Notes: generated by a model from the sequence alone, not told the origin. A stretch of 32,000 nt of DNA from Promethearchaeota archaeon (GCA_048938295.1 JBHLMI010000002.1:107541-139540); one strand, 5' to 3'. Positions 9,728 through 19,172 are shown, numbered from the stretch's first letter. Program-made: numbers and translations.

Positions 9728-11560
9728 ATGACAACAAACCAATATGCGCTTGTCAATCTAAGTAAAGATTCAGTGAAAATCACAGAAATACCAGCAAATG
9801 TCATAAGAAGCTATTTAGGCGGTCGAGGAACGAACGTCTATCATCTTAACAAGTTGCTCAGGAAGAATGTAGATCCCCTTTCTCCAGAAAACGTGCTGAT
9901 ATTTGGTGCTGGTTTACTTACGGGGTACCTCATCCCAAATGCGTCGCGATTCAATGTGACAGCGAAATCCCCCGAATCCGGCTTTTTAGGTGACACTAAC
10001 TGTGGAGGTTATTTTGGTCCTGAGATGCGTTATGCTGGTTTTAATCAGATTATCATACTGGGCAAAGCGAAGAATCCAAGTTACATTTACCTTCAAGATG
10101 GTTCCGTTGAAATTCGAGACGCTTCGGATTATTGGGGTCTTGATACATATGACGTTCAAACCGAGTTACGGAAAGATCTAGGTGATGTACAGGCTGCTGT
10201 CACAGGAGAAGCTGGTGAAAAACTCGTCCGGTTTGCTAACATTCGAAACGGTGTGAAAAACTCTGGAGGGCGGGGTGGTCTTGGTGCGGTAATGGGATCG
10301 AAGAACTTGAAAGCCTTAGTCGCCTATGGAACTCAAGGTCTTGATGTTGCTCATCGTGAACAGCTTCTGGAGGTCACCAAAAGTATCAACGATTATGTCC
10401 TAAACTCTAAGGTCATCTCAGTCATGGGTAAACTAGGTTCTCCATATCTGTATGATGTTAGTAATGCGCTGGGGGCCATTCGCACAAAGAACAGTCAGCT
10501 GAATGCCTGGTCCGATTCACTAAACGCGGAATATTTCGAAGAGTATGCTGAGAAAATGGTTTCTTGCGCCTCTTGCATTGTCCATTGCCGGCACAGGAAT
10601 ACCATGGATGGAGAAGGCCCTGAATATACAACGATTGGATTACTGGGAGCAAACATTGGCTTAACTGATCCAAAACAGGTTATCGAGTTGAATAACCTCT
10701 GTAACCGCCTAGGGTTAGATACAGCATCTGCAGGGACCATACTTGCATGGACCTTTGAACTCTATGAAAAAGGAATTGTTGACAAATCAAAGTTCCTCGG
10801 GGAGAAACTTGAATTCGAGAATTTCGAACTTGCTAAATCTCTATTAGAAAAAATTGCCCGACGTGAGGGGCTTGGAGATGTTCTAGCGGAAAGCACTCAA
10901 GCTGTACACCATTTTGGACCAAAATCAGCAGATTATCTTATTGCTGTAAAGAATTTACCGCAAAGTGATCCCCACGATGTTCGATACATCAAGGCGTTCG
11001 CACTAGGTATAGCAACCGCTTCGAGAGGAGCGGATCACCTCCGGAGTCGACCTACCCTTGAAATCTTTCTCCGCTTACCGCAAGAAGTAAAAGAAAGCAT
11101 CTATGGCCCGGGTATCTCACCTGACCCTACGTCATATGAGGGAAAGGAGAAAGCCGTTTTTTGGTCTGATAACATGTACGCAGTAATTGATGCGGTAGGA
11201 ATCTGCAAATTCATCTGCCATGGTTTCAACAGCCCGCATCTCATTGGATATGAACAGGTAAAGGAATTTCTACACGCTGCAGTTGACCTCAAATTCGACG
11301 AACAAGAATTGCAGGAGGTTGGAAAACGAATTATTGACACGGAACGAATCCTCAATCTTCGATTTGGACTCACTCGGGCAGATGATTCATTACCCAAACG
11401 TTACTTTGATGACCCCGCTCCCCTGAAGACTGCAGAAGGTCATCATGTTGATCGTAAGCAGTTTCAAATCATGTTGAATCGATATTATGCCCTTCGCGGA
11501 TGGAACGATGAGGGATCAGTACCTGAAGAACGTGTTAATGAATTGGAGGCGATTGAATGA
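9728..11560 (+). CDS. aor: Tungsten-dependent aldehyde:ferredoxin oxidoreductase family protein (atypical active site)
   Basis: YLGGRG, AKSPESG, GRGGLGAVMGSKNLKA, SCASCIVHC, GLDT, RGADH, DAVGICKF, YYALRGW; EGPEYTT instead of EGPEYE. Confidence 0.88.
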   Translation: MTTNQYALVNLSKDSVKITEIPANVIRSYLGGRGTNVYHLNKLLRKNVDPLSPENVLIFGAGLLTGYLIPNASRFNVTAKSPESGFLGDTNCGGYFGPEMRYAGFNQIIILGKAKNPSYIYLQDGSVEIRDASDYWGLDTYDVQTELRKDLGDVQAAVTGEAGEKLVRFANIRNGVKNSGGRGGLGAVMGSKNLKALVAYGTQGLDVAHREQLLEVTKSINDYVLNSKVISVMGKLGSPYLYDVSNALGAIRTKNSQLNAWSDSLNAEYFEEYAEKMVSCASCIVHCRHRNTMDGEGPEYTTIGLLGANIGLTDPKQVIELNNLCNRLGLDTASAGTILAWTFELYEKGIVDKSKFLGEKLEFENFELAKSLLEKIARREGLGDVLAESTQAVHHFGPKSADYLIAVKNLPQSDPHDVRYIKAFALGIATASRGADHLRSRPTLEIFLRLPQEVKESIYGPGISPDPTSYEGKEKAVFWSDNMYAVIDAVGICKFICHGFNSPHLIGYEQVKEFLHAAVDLKFDEQELQEVGKRIIDTERILNLRFGLTRADDSLPKRYFDDPAPLKTAEGHHVDRKQFQIMLNRYYALRGWNDEGSVPEERVNELEAIE

Positions 11561-12012
11561 GATACATTTTCGTTTATCCTGAACGGTGCACGGGTTGCCG
11601 ATTATGTTCACTTGCTTGTTCATTAACCAAATTTGGGGAATGCAACCCAAGAAAGGCAGCAATTAGTGTTGTTCGAGATGAGTTTGAACGGTTTGAGTTT
11701 CCAGTGGTATGTTTTCAATGCCAGGACGCGCCTTGTATCGCCGCATGCCCACAAAACGCTATCACAGAGGTGGAAGGAATAACATCACGCGACGAGAACC
11801 GCTGCATTGGTTGTCGACTGTGTGCAGTTGTGTGCCCATTCTCTGCGATAACAACCCACGGTAAGGACCTAATTCGTTGTGATCTTTGTGGCGGTGATCC
11901 ACAGTGCGTAAAATATTGTTCCACAAAGGCCATTGTATATGAGGAAGAAACACAGGAAGCAATGCAACGACGAAAGGTGCAATTAGCCCGGGTTCTAATT
12001 CCGGAGAAATAA
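11557..12012 (+). CDS. Multi-[4Fe-4S] electron-transfer subunit (DmsB/AorA-like)
   Basis: CTGCRLCSLAC, CFQCQDAPCIAACP, CIGCRLCAVVCP, CDLCGGDPQCVKYC; 4-nt overlap with aor. Confidence 0.9.
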   Translation: MRYIFVYPERCTGCRLCSLACSLTKFGECNPRKAAISVVRDEFERFEFPVVCFQCQDAPCIAACPQNAITEVEGITSRDENRCIGCRLCAVVCPFSAITTHGKDLIRCDLCGGDPQCVKYCSTKAIVYEEETQEAMQRRKVQLARVLIPEK

Positions 12013-12031
12013 TTTCTGAGTGTCGTTTTAG

Positions 12032-13267
12032 TTAAGTTTGTTTTTCTCGAGATTGCCAATAACGTTGACCAATGAGTGTATCTTTTTTCAGAGAATCAAG
12101 GACATCTGAAATGTTGGCTCCAGTTCGATGAGCTTGCAGGATAAACCCTGAATTTCGAAGATCTCCAATTGCTTGGTAACCTAAAACCTTGCCATCGCAA
12201 ATTATGAGTTTCCGGAAAGCTTTGTTTCGGTGTATCCTGATAATGTCACATTTACCTATTTCAGTTGAAGGCTGGCCAATGCTAAGCACTGGTATCTCAA
12301 AGATGTTAATCAAATTGATGGCATCAGATCCCTGATATGAAACCTTTAGACCAAGCATATTTTGTGCTGCGGTTCGTCCTTGATAAATGGCATTTGGCCA
12401 TATTGCATTAATCCTTAATTTATTCGTAGCGCGTTCTATGGCTTCTGCGACATCGCCCGCCGCGTATACGTTTGCAACGTTGGTTTGCATATATTCGTTT
12501 ACAAGAATTCCTTGATTTGTTTTAATTCGGGTTCCTTGGATAATGTCAATATTTGGACGAACACCCACAGCTACGACGACAAGGTCACATTGTAGTTGTT
12601 TCTTACCAATTTGTACCCCTTTGACGGCTTTTTCACCAAGAACTTTGCTAACACTTGTTGAAGTATGAACTTCTATGCCTTGTTCTTGTAAAAGCTGGCG
12701 CACGATTTCGGCCGTATCTTCATCTAACATTCGAGGTAGAAGATGATTTTCTCTTTCAATGATTGTCACTTGGGCACCAAGGCGATGGAGAGCAGTGGCA
12801 CTTTCGATGCCGACAAATCCCCCACCAATTACAACTACATGTTTTATCTTCTGTTTCGCTCTTGCTAGGATGCTTTTGCTATCTCGCAAATTCATTAGAG
12901 TGACGACACCATCTTTATCAAGCCCTTCTATTCGAGGTTTGATTGCAGATGCACCAGTGGCGATGAGAAGCTGATCATAGGTGAGTTCGTCCCCCGTTTC
13001 AAGGAAAACGGAGTTGGACTGCGGATTTACCGCTGTGACAGTTGTGGCTAGTTTCATTTCAATTCCCTCGTCTTCAAAATACTGGGGATCAAACCGATCG
13101 AGATATTGTTCATCAATTTCTCCAGCAACAAAAGAGGGAAGAGAGAACAACGCGTAGAATCGTGTATCCTTTGTGATTAACACGACATCAAAGGTATGTT
13201 TATGTTCAATTAGTGTTTGTACTGCACTCAGCCCAGCTGCTCCGCTTCCGATTATCACAAGGCGCAT
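12032..13267 (-). CDS. FAD-dependent NAD(P)H oxidoreductase (NirB/rubredoxin-reductase/AorC-like)
   Basis: IIGSGAAG, LLIATGAS, VIGGGFVGIE, TNVANVYAAGDVAE, WPNAIYQG. Confidence 0.85.
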   Translation of the reverse strand: MRLVIIGSGAAGLSAVQTLIEHKHTFDVVLITKDTRFYALFSLPSFVAGEIDEQYLDRFDPQYFEDEGIEMKLATTVTAVNPQSNSVFLETGDELTYDQLLIATGASAIKPRIEGLDKDGVVTLMNLRDSKSILARAKQKIKHVVVIGGGFVGIESATALHRLGAQVTIIERENHLLPRMLDEDTAEIVRQLLQEQGIEVHTSTSVSKVLGEKAVKGVQIGKKQLQCDLVVVAVGVRPNIDIIQGTRIKTNQGILVNEYMQTNVANVYAAGDVAEAIERATNKLRINAIWPNAIYQGRTAAQNMLGLKVSYQGSDAINLINIFEIPVLSIGQPSTEIGKCDIIRIHRNKAFRKLIICDGKVLGYQAIGDLRNSGFILQAHRTGANISDVLDSLKKDTLIGQRYWQSREKQT

Positions 13268-13391
13268 GTGAATCCACTCAACCCCAAAAATAGTCCCTTT
13301 CGCCTAAAAATACGCTTGGTAGCAGCACACAATTTTGGCGAATAACAGGTTTTTTATTAACATCCTGCATAGCCTCTTCGAGGTGACGCTT

Positions 13392-14255
13392 TTGGAAATC
13401 AAAAAAGTCGCAGTCGTTGGCGCTGGACTCATGGGTCACGGTGTGACACAAGTTCTGGCTCAGATTGCTGGTTATGAGGTATATCTGAAAGACATCAAGC
13501 AAGAATTCATTGACACGGGTATGGGTCGTATCAAATGGAGTCTTGACAAACTTGTTGAGAAAGAGAAACTCGCTCAAGCTGATGCGGATGCAACACTTAA
13601 CCGTATTCACCCTACCCTTGAAATGAAGGAAGCGATGAGTGACACAGATTTCATCATTGAGGCAGTGCCCGAAAATTTAGATCTTAAGAAGAAGATCTTT
13701 GCTGAAATGGATGAACTAGCACCTTCACATGCAATACTCGCATCGAACACTTCATCAATCAGTATTAGCCAGATAGCCGCAGCCACTAAACGTCCCGATA
13801 AGGTAGTGGGTATGCACTTCTTTAATCCTGTGCAAATCATGAAGCTTGTTGAAATTATCCGGGGAGAAAATACGTCAGATAACACCATTTCAGTGGTTGA
13901 GCAAGTATCACAGAAAATGGGTAAGGAAACCGTGCTTTGTAAGAAAGATTCACCTGGTTTCATTGTCAACCGTATCCTAGTTCCTGCGCTTAATGAAGCC
14001 ATCTGGTTACTCCAAGAGGATGTTGCGGAACCTGAGGATATTGATAAGGCAATTAAATTGGGATTAAACTGGCCAATGGGACCAATCACACTCTTGGATT
14101 ATGTAGGATTAGACACTACTCTTTCCATCACTAAAGTATTTCAAAAAGAGATGGATGAACACAAATACGCTGCAGCTCCACTACTTGGAAAGATGGTTAA
14201 AGAAGGCAAGTTAGGTAGAAAGACAAAGCAAGGATTTTATGATTGGAACAAGTAA
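13392..14255 (+). CDS. hbd: 3-hydroxyacyl-CoA dehydrogenase
   Basis: VGAGLMGHG, IEAVPENLDLK, ASNTSSI, GMHFFNP, PGFIVNR, PMGP; TTG start at 13392 after GAGGTG. Confidence 0.9.
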   Translation: MEIKKVAVVGAGLMGHGVTQVLAQIAGYEVYLKDIKQEFIDTGMGRIKWSLDKLVEKEKLAQADADATLNRIHPTLEMKEAMSDTDFIIEAVPENLDLKKKIFAEMDELAPSHAILASNTSSISISQIAAATKRPDKVVGMHFFNPVQIMKLVEIIRGENTSDNTISVVEQVSQKMGKETVLCKKDSPGFIVNRILVPALNEAIWLLQEDVAEPEDIDKAIKLGLNWPMGPITLLDYVGLDTTLSITKVFQKEMDEHKYAAAPLLGKMVKEGKLGRKTKQGFYDWNK

Positions 14256-14339
14256 ATCACAAATCGATTTTGAACCTGCCACTGGCTCAAAAGCTCGCAT
14301 TAAGGCGGAATTCCGAGCTAAGTGAGAATACATCCCGAT

Positions 14340-15275
14340 TTACTTGTCTAACTTTGCGCCACATTTTCCGCAGTGAGTGAACTCGCTGGGGAGGTAGGTT
14401 GTGCCACAGCTTGGGCAGGTTTTTTCCCATGGCCCCCATTTGAATTCAGGTGATTTACCATCTGCGGCTTCTTGTCGCAATCGCATATATGCTGGAGGTC
14501 GTTTTTCAACGAAGGCCCACATTCCTTCATGAGGTTCTTGAGAACTGAAGTGGACACTAAGCCAATCTCGTACACTTGGCCAAGTTAAGGACCAAACAAG
14601 GTCTTTCCAGAAGTTCACTTGGGCTTTAGTAAAGCGTAGACATTCGGGGAATTTTTCTAGGATTTTCTTTGACCATTCTGCAATTGTTTCATCGAGTTTA
14701 TCATAGGGAACAACTTCGTTAACGAGTCCCCAATCCTTGGCTTTTTCAGCACTGATTCGATCGCATGTGAAGAGCATTTCTCGGGCTCGCCGGTCACCAA
14801 TGATGATTGGCAACCACTGGGTAGCACCTCCCGCGGCAACACTCCCAACACGTGTTCCTACTTGTAAAATTTCAACGTGGTCTGCAGCGATTGCTAGGTC
14901 GCATGCCATTTGGACTTCATTTCCGCCACCAGCAACGATACCGTTTAATCGAGCTATCACTGGTTTTCCACAATGTCGTAGCAGATGTAGGGCACGTTCA
15001 AAAATTTCGCACCATTTCCAAAAGTCTCGGGGTTTTTTGGTGTATTTGGTCGCATATTCTTTAACGTCGCCTCCAGTACAGAAAGCTTTCTTGCCGGCAC
15101 CAGTAACAACGATGACTCCGACTTCATCATCCCAAGAGGCTGTATGAAGGGCATCAGACATTTCGTTGAGAGTCAGAAGGGTATAAGCATTGTATTTTTC
15201 TTCTCGGTTAATTGTGATGGTAGCGACCCAGTCTTTTTTCTCATAAAGAATTTCTTTGTATTTGGGTTTAGCCAT
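14340..15275 (-). CDS. oah: 6-oxocyclohex-1-ene-1-carbonyl-CoA hydrolase (ring-opening; BzdY/BamA-like)
   Basis: AFCTGGDVKEYA, AGGGNE, QVGTRVGSVAAGGATQWLP, VNFWKD, C-terminal CPSC...CGKCG; ATG at 15275. Confidence 0.85.
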   Translation of the reverse strand: MAKPKYKEILYEKKDWVATITINREEKYNAYTLLTLNEMSDALHTASWDDEVGVIVVTGAGKKAFCTGGDVKEYATKYTKKPRDFWKWCEIFERALHLLRHCGKPVIARLNGIVAGGGNEVQMACDLAIAADHVEILQVGTRVGSVAAGGATQWLPIIIGDRRAREMLFTCDRISAEKAKDWGLVNEVVPYDKLDETIAEWSKKILEKFPECLRFTKAQVNFWKDLVWSLTWPSVRDWLSVHFSSQEPHEGMWAFVEKRPPAYMRLRQEAADGKSPEFKWGPWEKTCPSCGTTYLPSEFTHCGKCGAKLDK

Positions 15276-15360
15276 CTTAACCACCAATGTTGGTGAGTAA
15301 GTACCAGATTCTCTTATTTGAAGTTTCCACTTAATACTACAAATTTCGATGAGCGTAGAA

Positions 15361-15376
15361 TGTTCTGTTACGAACA
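15361..15376. promoter_or_regulatory. Candidate operator TGTT-N8-AACA upstream of oah
   Basis: ATGTTCTGTTACGAACAT (6-bp arms ATGTTC/GAACAT at 15360-15377). Confidence 0.3.
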
Positions 15377-15432
15377 TAGTTAAATTAGAACATCATTTCG
15401 AAGAGTCGATCTCAAATGTACTTAGGACCAAA

Positions 15433-15843
15433 CTAAGCAGGAACGAATACGTAGGAATCCAGTCCAAACGATTTCTTTATCTTAATTCGTATTGGTGTCC
15501 CAATTTCGAGATCCTCAAATTTCGCATTTTCCACCCGAGCCATGACTCGTATCCCTTCATCGAGTTTCCCGATGGCAATGATGTACGGTAACATCTCCTT
15601 GAATGCAGGAGGGGATGCCCCAACGTAGGTTTTTGCGTAGATTTCGCCAGTTCCTTTCAGTTCAATCCATTCTATGGCCTTGCCTCCACATTGGGGGCAA
15701 GTAGTTTTGGGGGGCCATAAAACGCCACACTTAGGACATTTTGTTGTAGTGAATTTATTTTGCGCGAGATTATCCCAAAACGGTTTGATTTGAGTTCCAG
15801 GATAGACAAGACAGTAGGGGAGGGTCATGGATTGGTCGGTCAA
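15433..15843 (-). CDS. DUF35 Zn-ribbon/OB-fold thiolase partner protein
   Basis: CPKC...PP...CPQC Zn ribbon plus OB-fold; 1 nt downstream of a thiolase. Confidence 0.88.
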   Translation of the reverse strand: MTDQSMTLPYCLVYPGTQIKPFWDNLAQNKFTTTKCPKCGVLWPPKTTCPQCGGKAIEWIELKGTGEIYAKTYVGASPPAFKEMLPYIIAIGKLDEGIRVMARVENAKFEDLEIGTPIRIKIKKSFGLDSYVFVPA

Positions 15844-15844
15844 C

Positions 15845-17014
15845 TTAGTTCTGCCTCCTTAGAATGTGAACAACATGATGCGTCGCGAAACCACTCAGGT
15901 TTTGAGTGATCCCTATGGTTGCACCATCGACTTGCCGTGGACCACATTCACCGCGTAACTGTTCTGTTACTTCAGCAATTTGTGCAACACCCGTCGCACC
16001 CACAGGATGCCCTTTCGATTTAAGACCTCCAGAGGGATTGACAGGGATGCGTCCTCCAATTTCTGAATCACCACTATCAATCAGCTGAGGTCCTTCTCCC
16101 TTCTTACATAATCCGAGGTCTTCGCATTCAATGAGTTCTGCAATGGTGAAGCAGTCATGGGTTTCTGCCAGATCCATATCTTCGGGTTTGAGTTTCGCCA
16201 TAGAATAGGCGTTATTTGCAGCATTTACTAGTGCTCGCCATGTTGTCATGCTCTGCATATTCGAGCAGGTGAAGGAAGATTCCATGAATTGTCCTGAACC
16301 AATGACATCAACAGGAGTATCATTGTACTTGCGGGCTTCTTTCGCAGGGACAAGAATCGCTGCGGCAGAGCCATCTGAAATTGGACTACAGTCATAAAGA
16401 TTCAACGGGTATGCAATCATGGGTGATTCAAGGACGGTTTCGATTGTGATTTCCTTTCGAAACTGCGCGATGGGGTTTTTTGCGCCGTTCTTATGATTCT
16501 TTACGGCAATCTTTGCCAGTTGCTCCTGGGTAACGCCATACTCATGCATGTAGCGTGAGGCTATAAGGGCAAATCCTGCAGGAGGAATCAAACCATGAAA
16601 ACTTTCCCAGGTCAAGTCTTCTACAAGGCAAAGATTACGCATGGCTTCAGAAGAAGGCACATTACACATTTTTTCAACGCCAGAAATAAGTGCAGAGTCT
16701 GCTTGTCCTGATGCAATAGCGAAAAAGGCATTGCGAAAAGCGGAGCCTCCACTTGCACAGGCCATTTCAACTCTAGAGGTAACCTTTGGGGACATACCAA
16801 GAAATTCAGCAGCAAGATTTGCAGGATGAGCTTGCTCAGTAAATCGTTCTGATTGTGCATTTGCGACATATAGCGCTTCAATATCCTTGGGTGCTAGCCC
16901 CTTAGTATCTTCGAAGGCATGTTCTGCGGATTCAACAATGAGTTCACCCAATGACACATCATTACGCTTACCCCATTGGGTGAGTCCGACACCAACAATA
17001 GCTACAGGTCTCAT
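15845..17014 (-). CDS. Archaeal/SCP2-type thiolase
   Basis: VEMACASGG, KNHKNG, DCSPISDG, ETHDCF, GHPVGATG; C-terminal QNLSG. Confidence 0.88.
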   Translation of the reverse strand: MRPVAIVGVGLTQWGKRNDVSLGELIVESAEHAFEDTKGLAPKDIEALYVANAQSERFTEQAHPANLAAEFLGMSPKVTSRVEMACASGGSAFRNAFFAIASGQADSALISGVEKMCNVPSSEAMRNLCLVEDLTWESFHGLIPPAGFALIASRYMHEYGVTQEQLAKIAVKNHKNGAKNPIAQFRKEITIETVLESPMIAYPLNLYDCSPISDGSAAAILVPAKEARKYNDTPVDVIGSGQFMESSFTCSNMQSMTTWRALVNAANNAYSMAKLKPEDMDLAETHDCFTIAELIECEDLGLCKKGEGPQLIDSGDSEIGGRIPVNPSGGLKSKGHPVGATGVAQIAEVTEQLRGECGPRQVDGATIGITQNLSGFATHHVVHILRRQN

Positions 17015-17105
17015 TCTACTTCACCATTCAAAGTGATGGGAGCAACTCACCATCTTTTCTCTGTGCACTCTTTTAAGTGCATTCAACAAGCGATTTAAAA
17101 TAAAT

Positions 17106-19040
17106 CTATTTTGAATCACGAATTGAATCAAAGGCTTCAGGATTTTCCACTGAAGACAGATCATCAACAGCTTGCCCAAGATAAACTCGTTTGATTAATC
17201 GTCGGACAATTTTACCGGATCGGGTTTTCGGTAATGCGGAGACAAACCGGACTTCTTCCGGGATGAAGGGTTTGCCCATGGTTTTACCAACATATTGTCT
17301 CAATGCTTCACGAAGATCCTCGCTGATTTCAAACCCAGATTTGAGAACAACATATGTAATGATTCCAGTCCCCTTAATTTCATGAGGAACTCCAATCGCC
17401 GCGACTTCAGAGACCGCTTTATGGCTTATAAGGGCGGTTTCGATTTCTGAGGGGCCAACTCGTTGACTTGATACCTTTATGACATCATCAGCCCGCCCTA
17501 AAAGAAACCAGAAACCATCTTCATCCACTAGAGCAAGATCTCCATGCCACCAGACACTTGGAAAAGTCGACCAATAGGTTTCAATATATCGTTCTGGGGC
17601 ATTCCAGAATCCTCTTGTCATCGAAGGAGCTGGTTTCCGACAAATGAGGGTACCAATGTCACCTCGAATGCTTTTTCCTGTATCATCAACACAATCGATA
17701 TCCATGCCTAAACCAGGACCACGGAGTGTACGGGGCTTGAGGTCATTGATTGGTAATGGACTTAAAAAACAACCAAAAATCTCGGTACCCCCTGACAAGT
17801 TAATAATGGGAAGTTTTCCTTTCCCCACCGTGTTGAAATACCAAAGCCAACTGGTGTCATCCCATGGTTCACCAGTGGACCCTAAAATTCGTAATGTATT
17901 CATCTCATGTTTGTTGACCCATTCATCGCCCAGCCTCATGAGATACCGAATGGCAGTTGGTGAAATTCCGAATGCGGTGACTTTATGCTTATCTATGATC
18001 TTCCATAACTGATCAGGCCTAGGATAATCGATTGCACCTTCGTAGATGAGATAAGCTGCACCTTGATGTTGAGCTCCAACGATTTGCCAAGGTCCCATCA
18101 TCCAACCGAGGTCACTCAACCAGAACAGGGTATCATTTTCTTTGATATCACAATAGTATGCGACTTCTTTTGCGGCCTGAGCTAAAGCCCCTGCGTGAGA
18201 ATGAACTGTGCCCTTTGGTTTGCCAGTTGTACCCGAGCTGTATAGTACCATTGCGGGATCTTCTGAATCCATTTGAACTGTTGGTGCTGAATCGTCCATT
18301 CCTTCAATGGCATCGTGCCACCATAAATCCACACTCGAATTCCATGGGATGTTGAGACCCAATCGTTCAAACACAATCATTTGCTTGATTGATTTCACGC
18401 CATCAATACTCGCGTCAGCATTTTTCTTGAGCGGGACTTGCTTTCCGCGTCGTGCAGACCCATCTGCCGTGAAGAGAACCTTTGCTCCAACATCTTGGAT
18501 CCGCATTTTCACTGCATCTGGACTAAATCCTGAAAAGATGGGAACACCGATAGCTCCAATTTTATAGCTCGCTAGCAAGGCCATGACAGTTTCAGGGACC
18601 ATGGGCATATAGATTGCACAGGGATCACCTTTTCCAACACCTAAAGCCTGTAAGGCATTTGCAACTTTACATACGCCTTCATTGAGCTGTGAGTAGGTAA
18701 GAATTCGGTTTTCACCTGTTTCACTTACCCAAATGAGCGCTGTTTTCTTTGCTCGAGGTGATTGAACATGACGATCGAGAATGTTGTGAACGATGTTGAG
18801 TTTGCCTCCAACAAACCATTTGGTCCATTCAATTCCTTTTGAGTCATCTAATACTTGTGAATAGGGGTGATACCATTCAACGCCAATATCTTTGAGTGCC
18901 GCGTCCCAAAACCACTCAATATCCTCAGTGCTTCGTCGAATGAGTTCATCATATGTTTTGATATTGTGTTGATTCATGAATCGACGAATGTTACTGTTGG
19001 TTTGATAATCACCCGAAGAACGCCATACAATTTCACTCAT
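17106..19040 (-). CDS. AMP-forming acyl-CoA synthetase (Acs-related, SGGTE subgroup)
   Basis: YSSGTTGKPKG, GSTGEPW, INLSGGTE, WWHGD, LGRADD, KTRSGKIVRR; ATG at 19040 is preferred. Confidence 0.88.
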   Translation of the reverse strand: MSEIVWRSSGDYQTNSNIRRFMNQHNIKTYDELIRRSTEDIEWFWDAALKDIGVEWYHPYSQVLDDSKGIEWTKWFVGGKLNIVHNILDRHVQSPRAKKTALIWVSETGENRILTYSQLNEGVCKVANALQALGVGKGDPCAIYMPMVPETVMALLASYKIGAIGVPIFSGFSPDAVKMRIQDVGAKVLFTADGSARRGKQVPLKKNADASIDGVKSIKQMIVFERLGLNIPWNSSVDLWWHDAIEGMDDSAPTVQMDSEDPAMVLYSSGTTGKPKGTVHSHAGALAQAAKEVAYYCDIKENDTLFWLSDLGWMMGPWQIVGAQHQGAAYLIYEGAIDYPRPDQLWKIIDKHKVTAFGISPTAIRYLMRLGDEWVNKHEMNTLRILGSTGEPWDDTSWLWYFNTVGKGKLPIINLSGGTEIFGCFLSPLPINDLKPRTLRGPGLGMDIDCVDDTGKSIRGDIGTLICRKPAPSMTRGFWNAPERYIETYWSTFPSVWWHGDLALVDEDGFWFLLGRADDVIKVSSQRVGPSEIETALISHKAVSEVAAIGVPHEIKGTGIITYVVLKSGFEISEDLREALRQYVGKTMGKPFIPEEVRFVSALPKTRSGKIVRRLIKRVYLGQAVDDLSSVENPEAFDSIRDSK

Positions 19041-19172
19041 AGTGTGACACTCCAAAAATTCTATACACTCATATCATTCTGTCTTTGTTCATATTCTTTT
19101 GTACTTTGATCTCTATAACAATGAAACACTTTTTACATTTGATAGCAGTATCTGTAGAAATGGTGGTCGATT

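Noticed and set aside
9728-11560. AOR-family gene as BamB (class II benzoyl-CoA reductase)
   Set aside because: It retains AOR-type EGPEY and RGxxH motifs, lacks the BamB features I recall, and has no bamC-I/Hdr module nearby.
14340-14440. C-terminal Cys4 Zn-ribbon on Oah as a novel fusion
   Set aside because: As I recall, similar Cys-rich tails occur in other Oah/BamA-family proteins; this needs an alignment before any claim.
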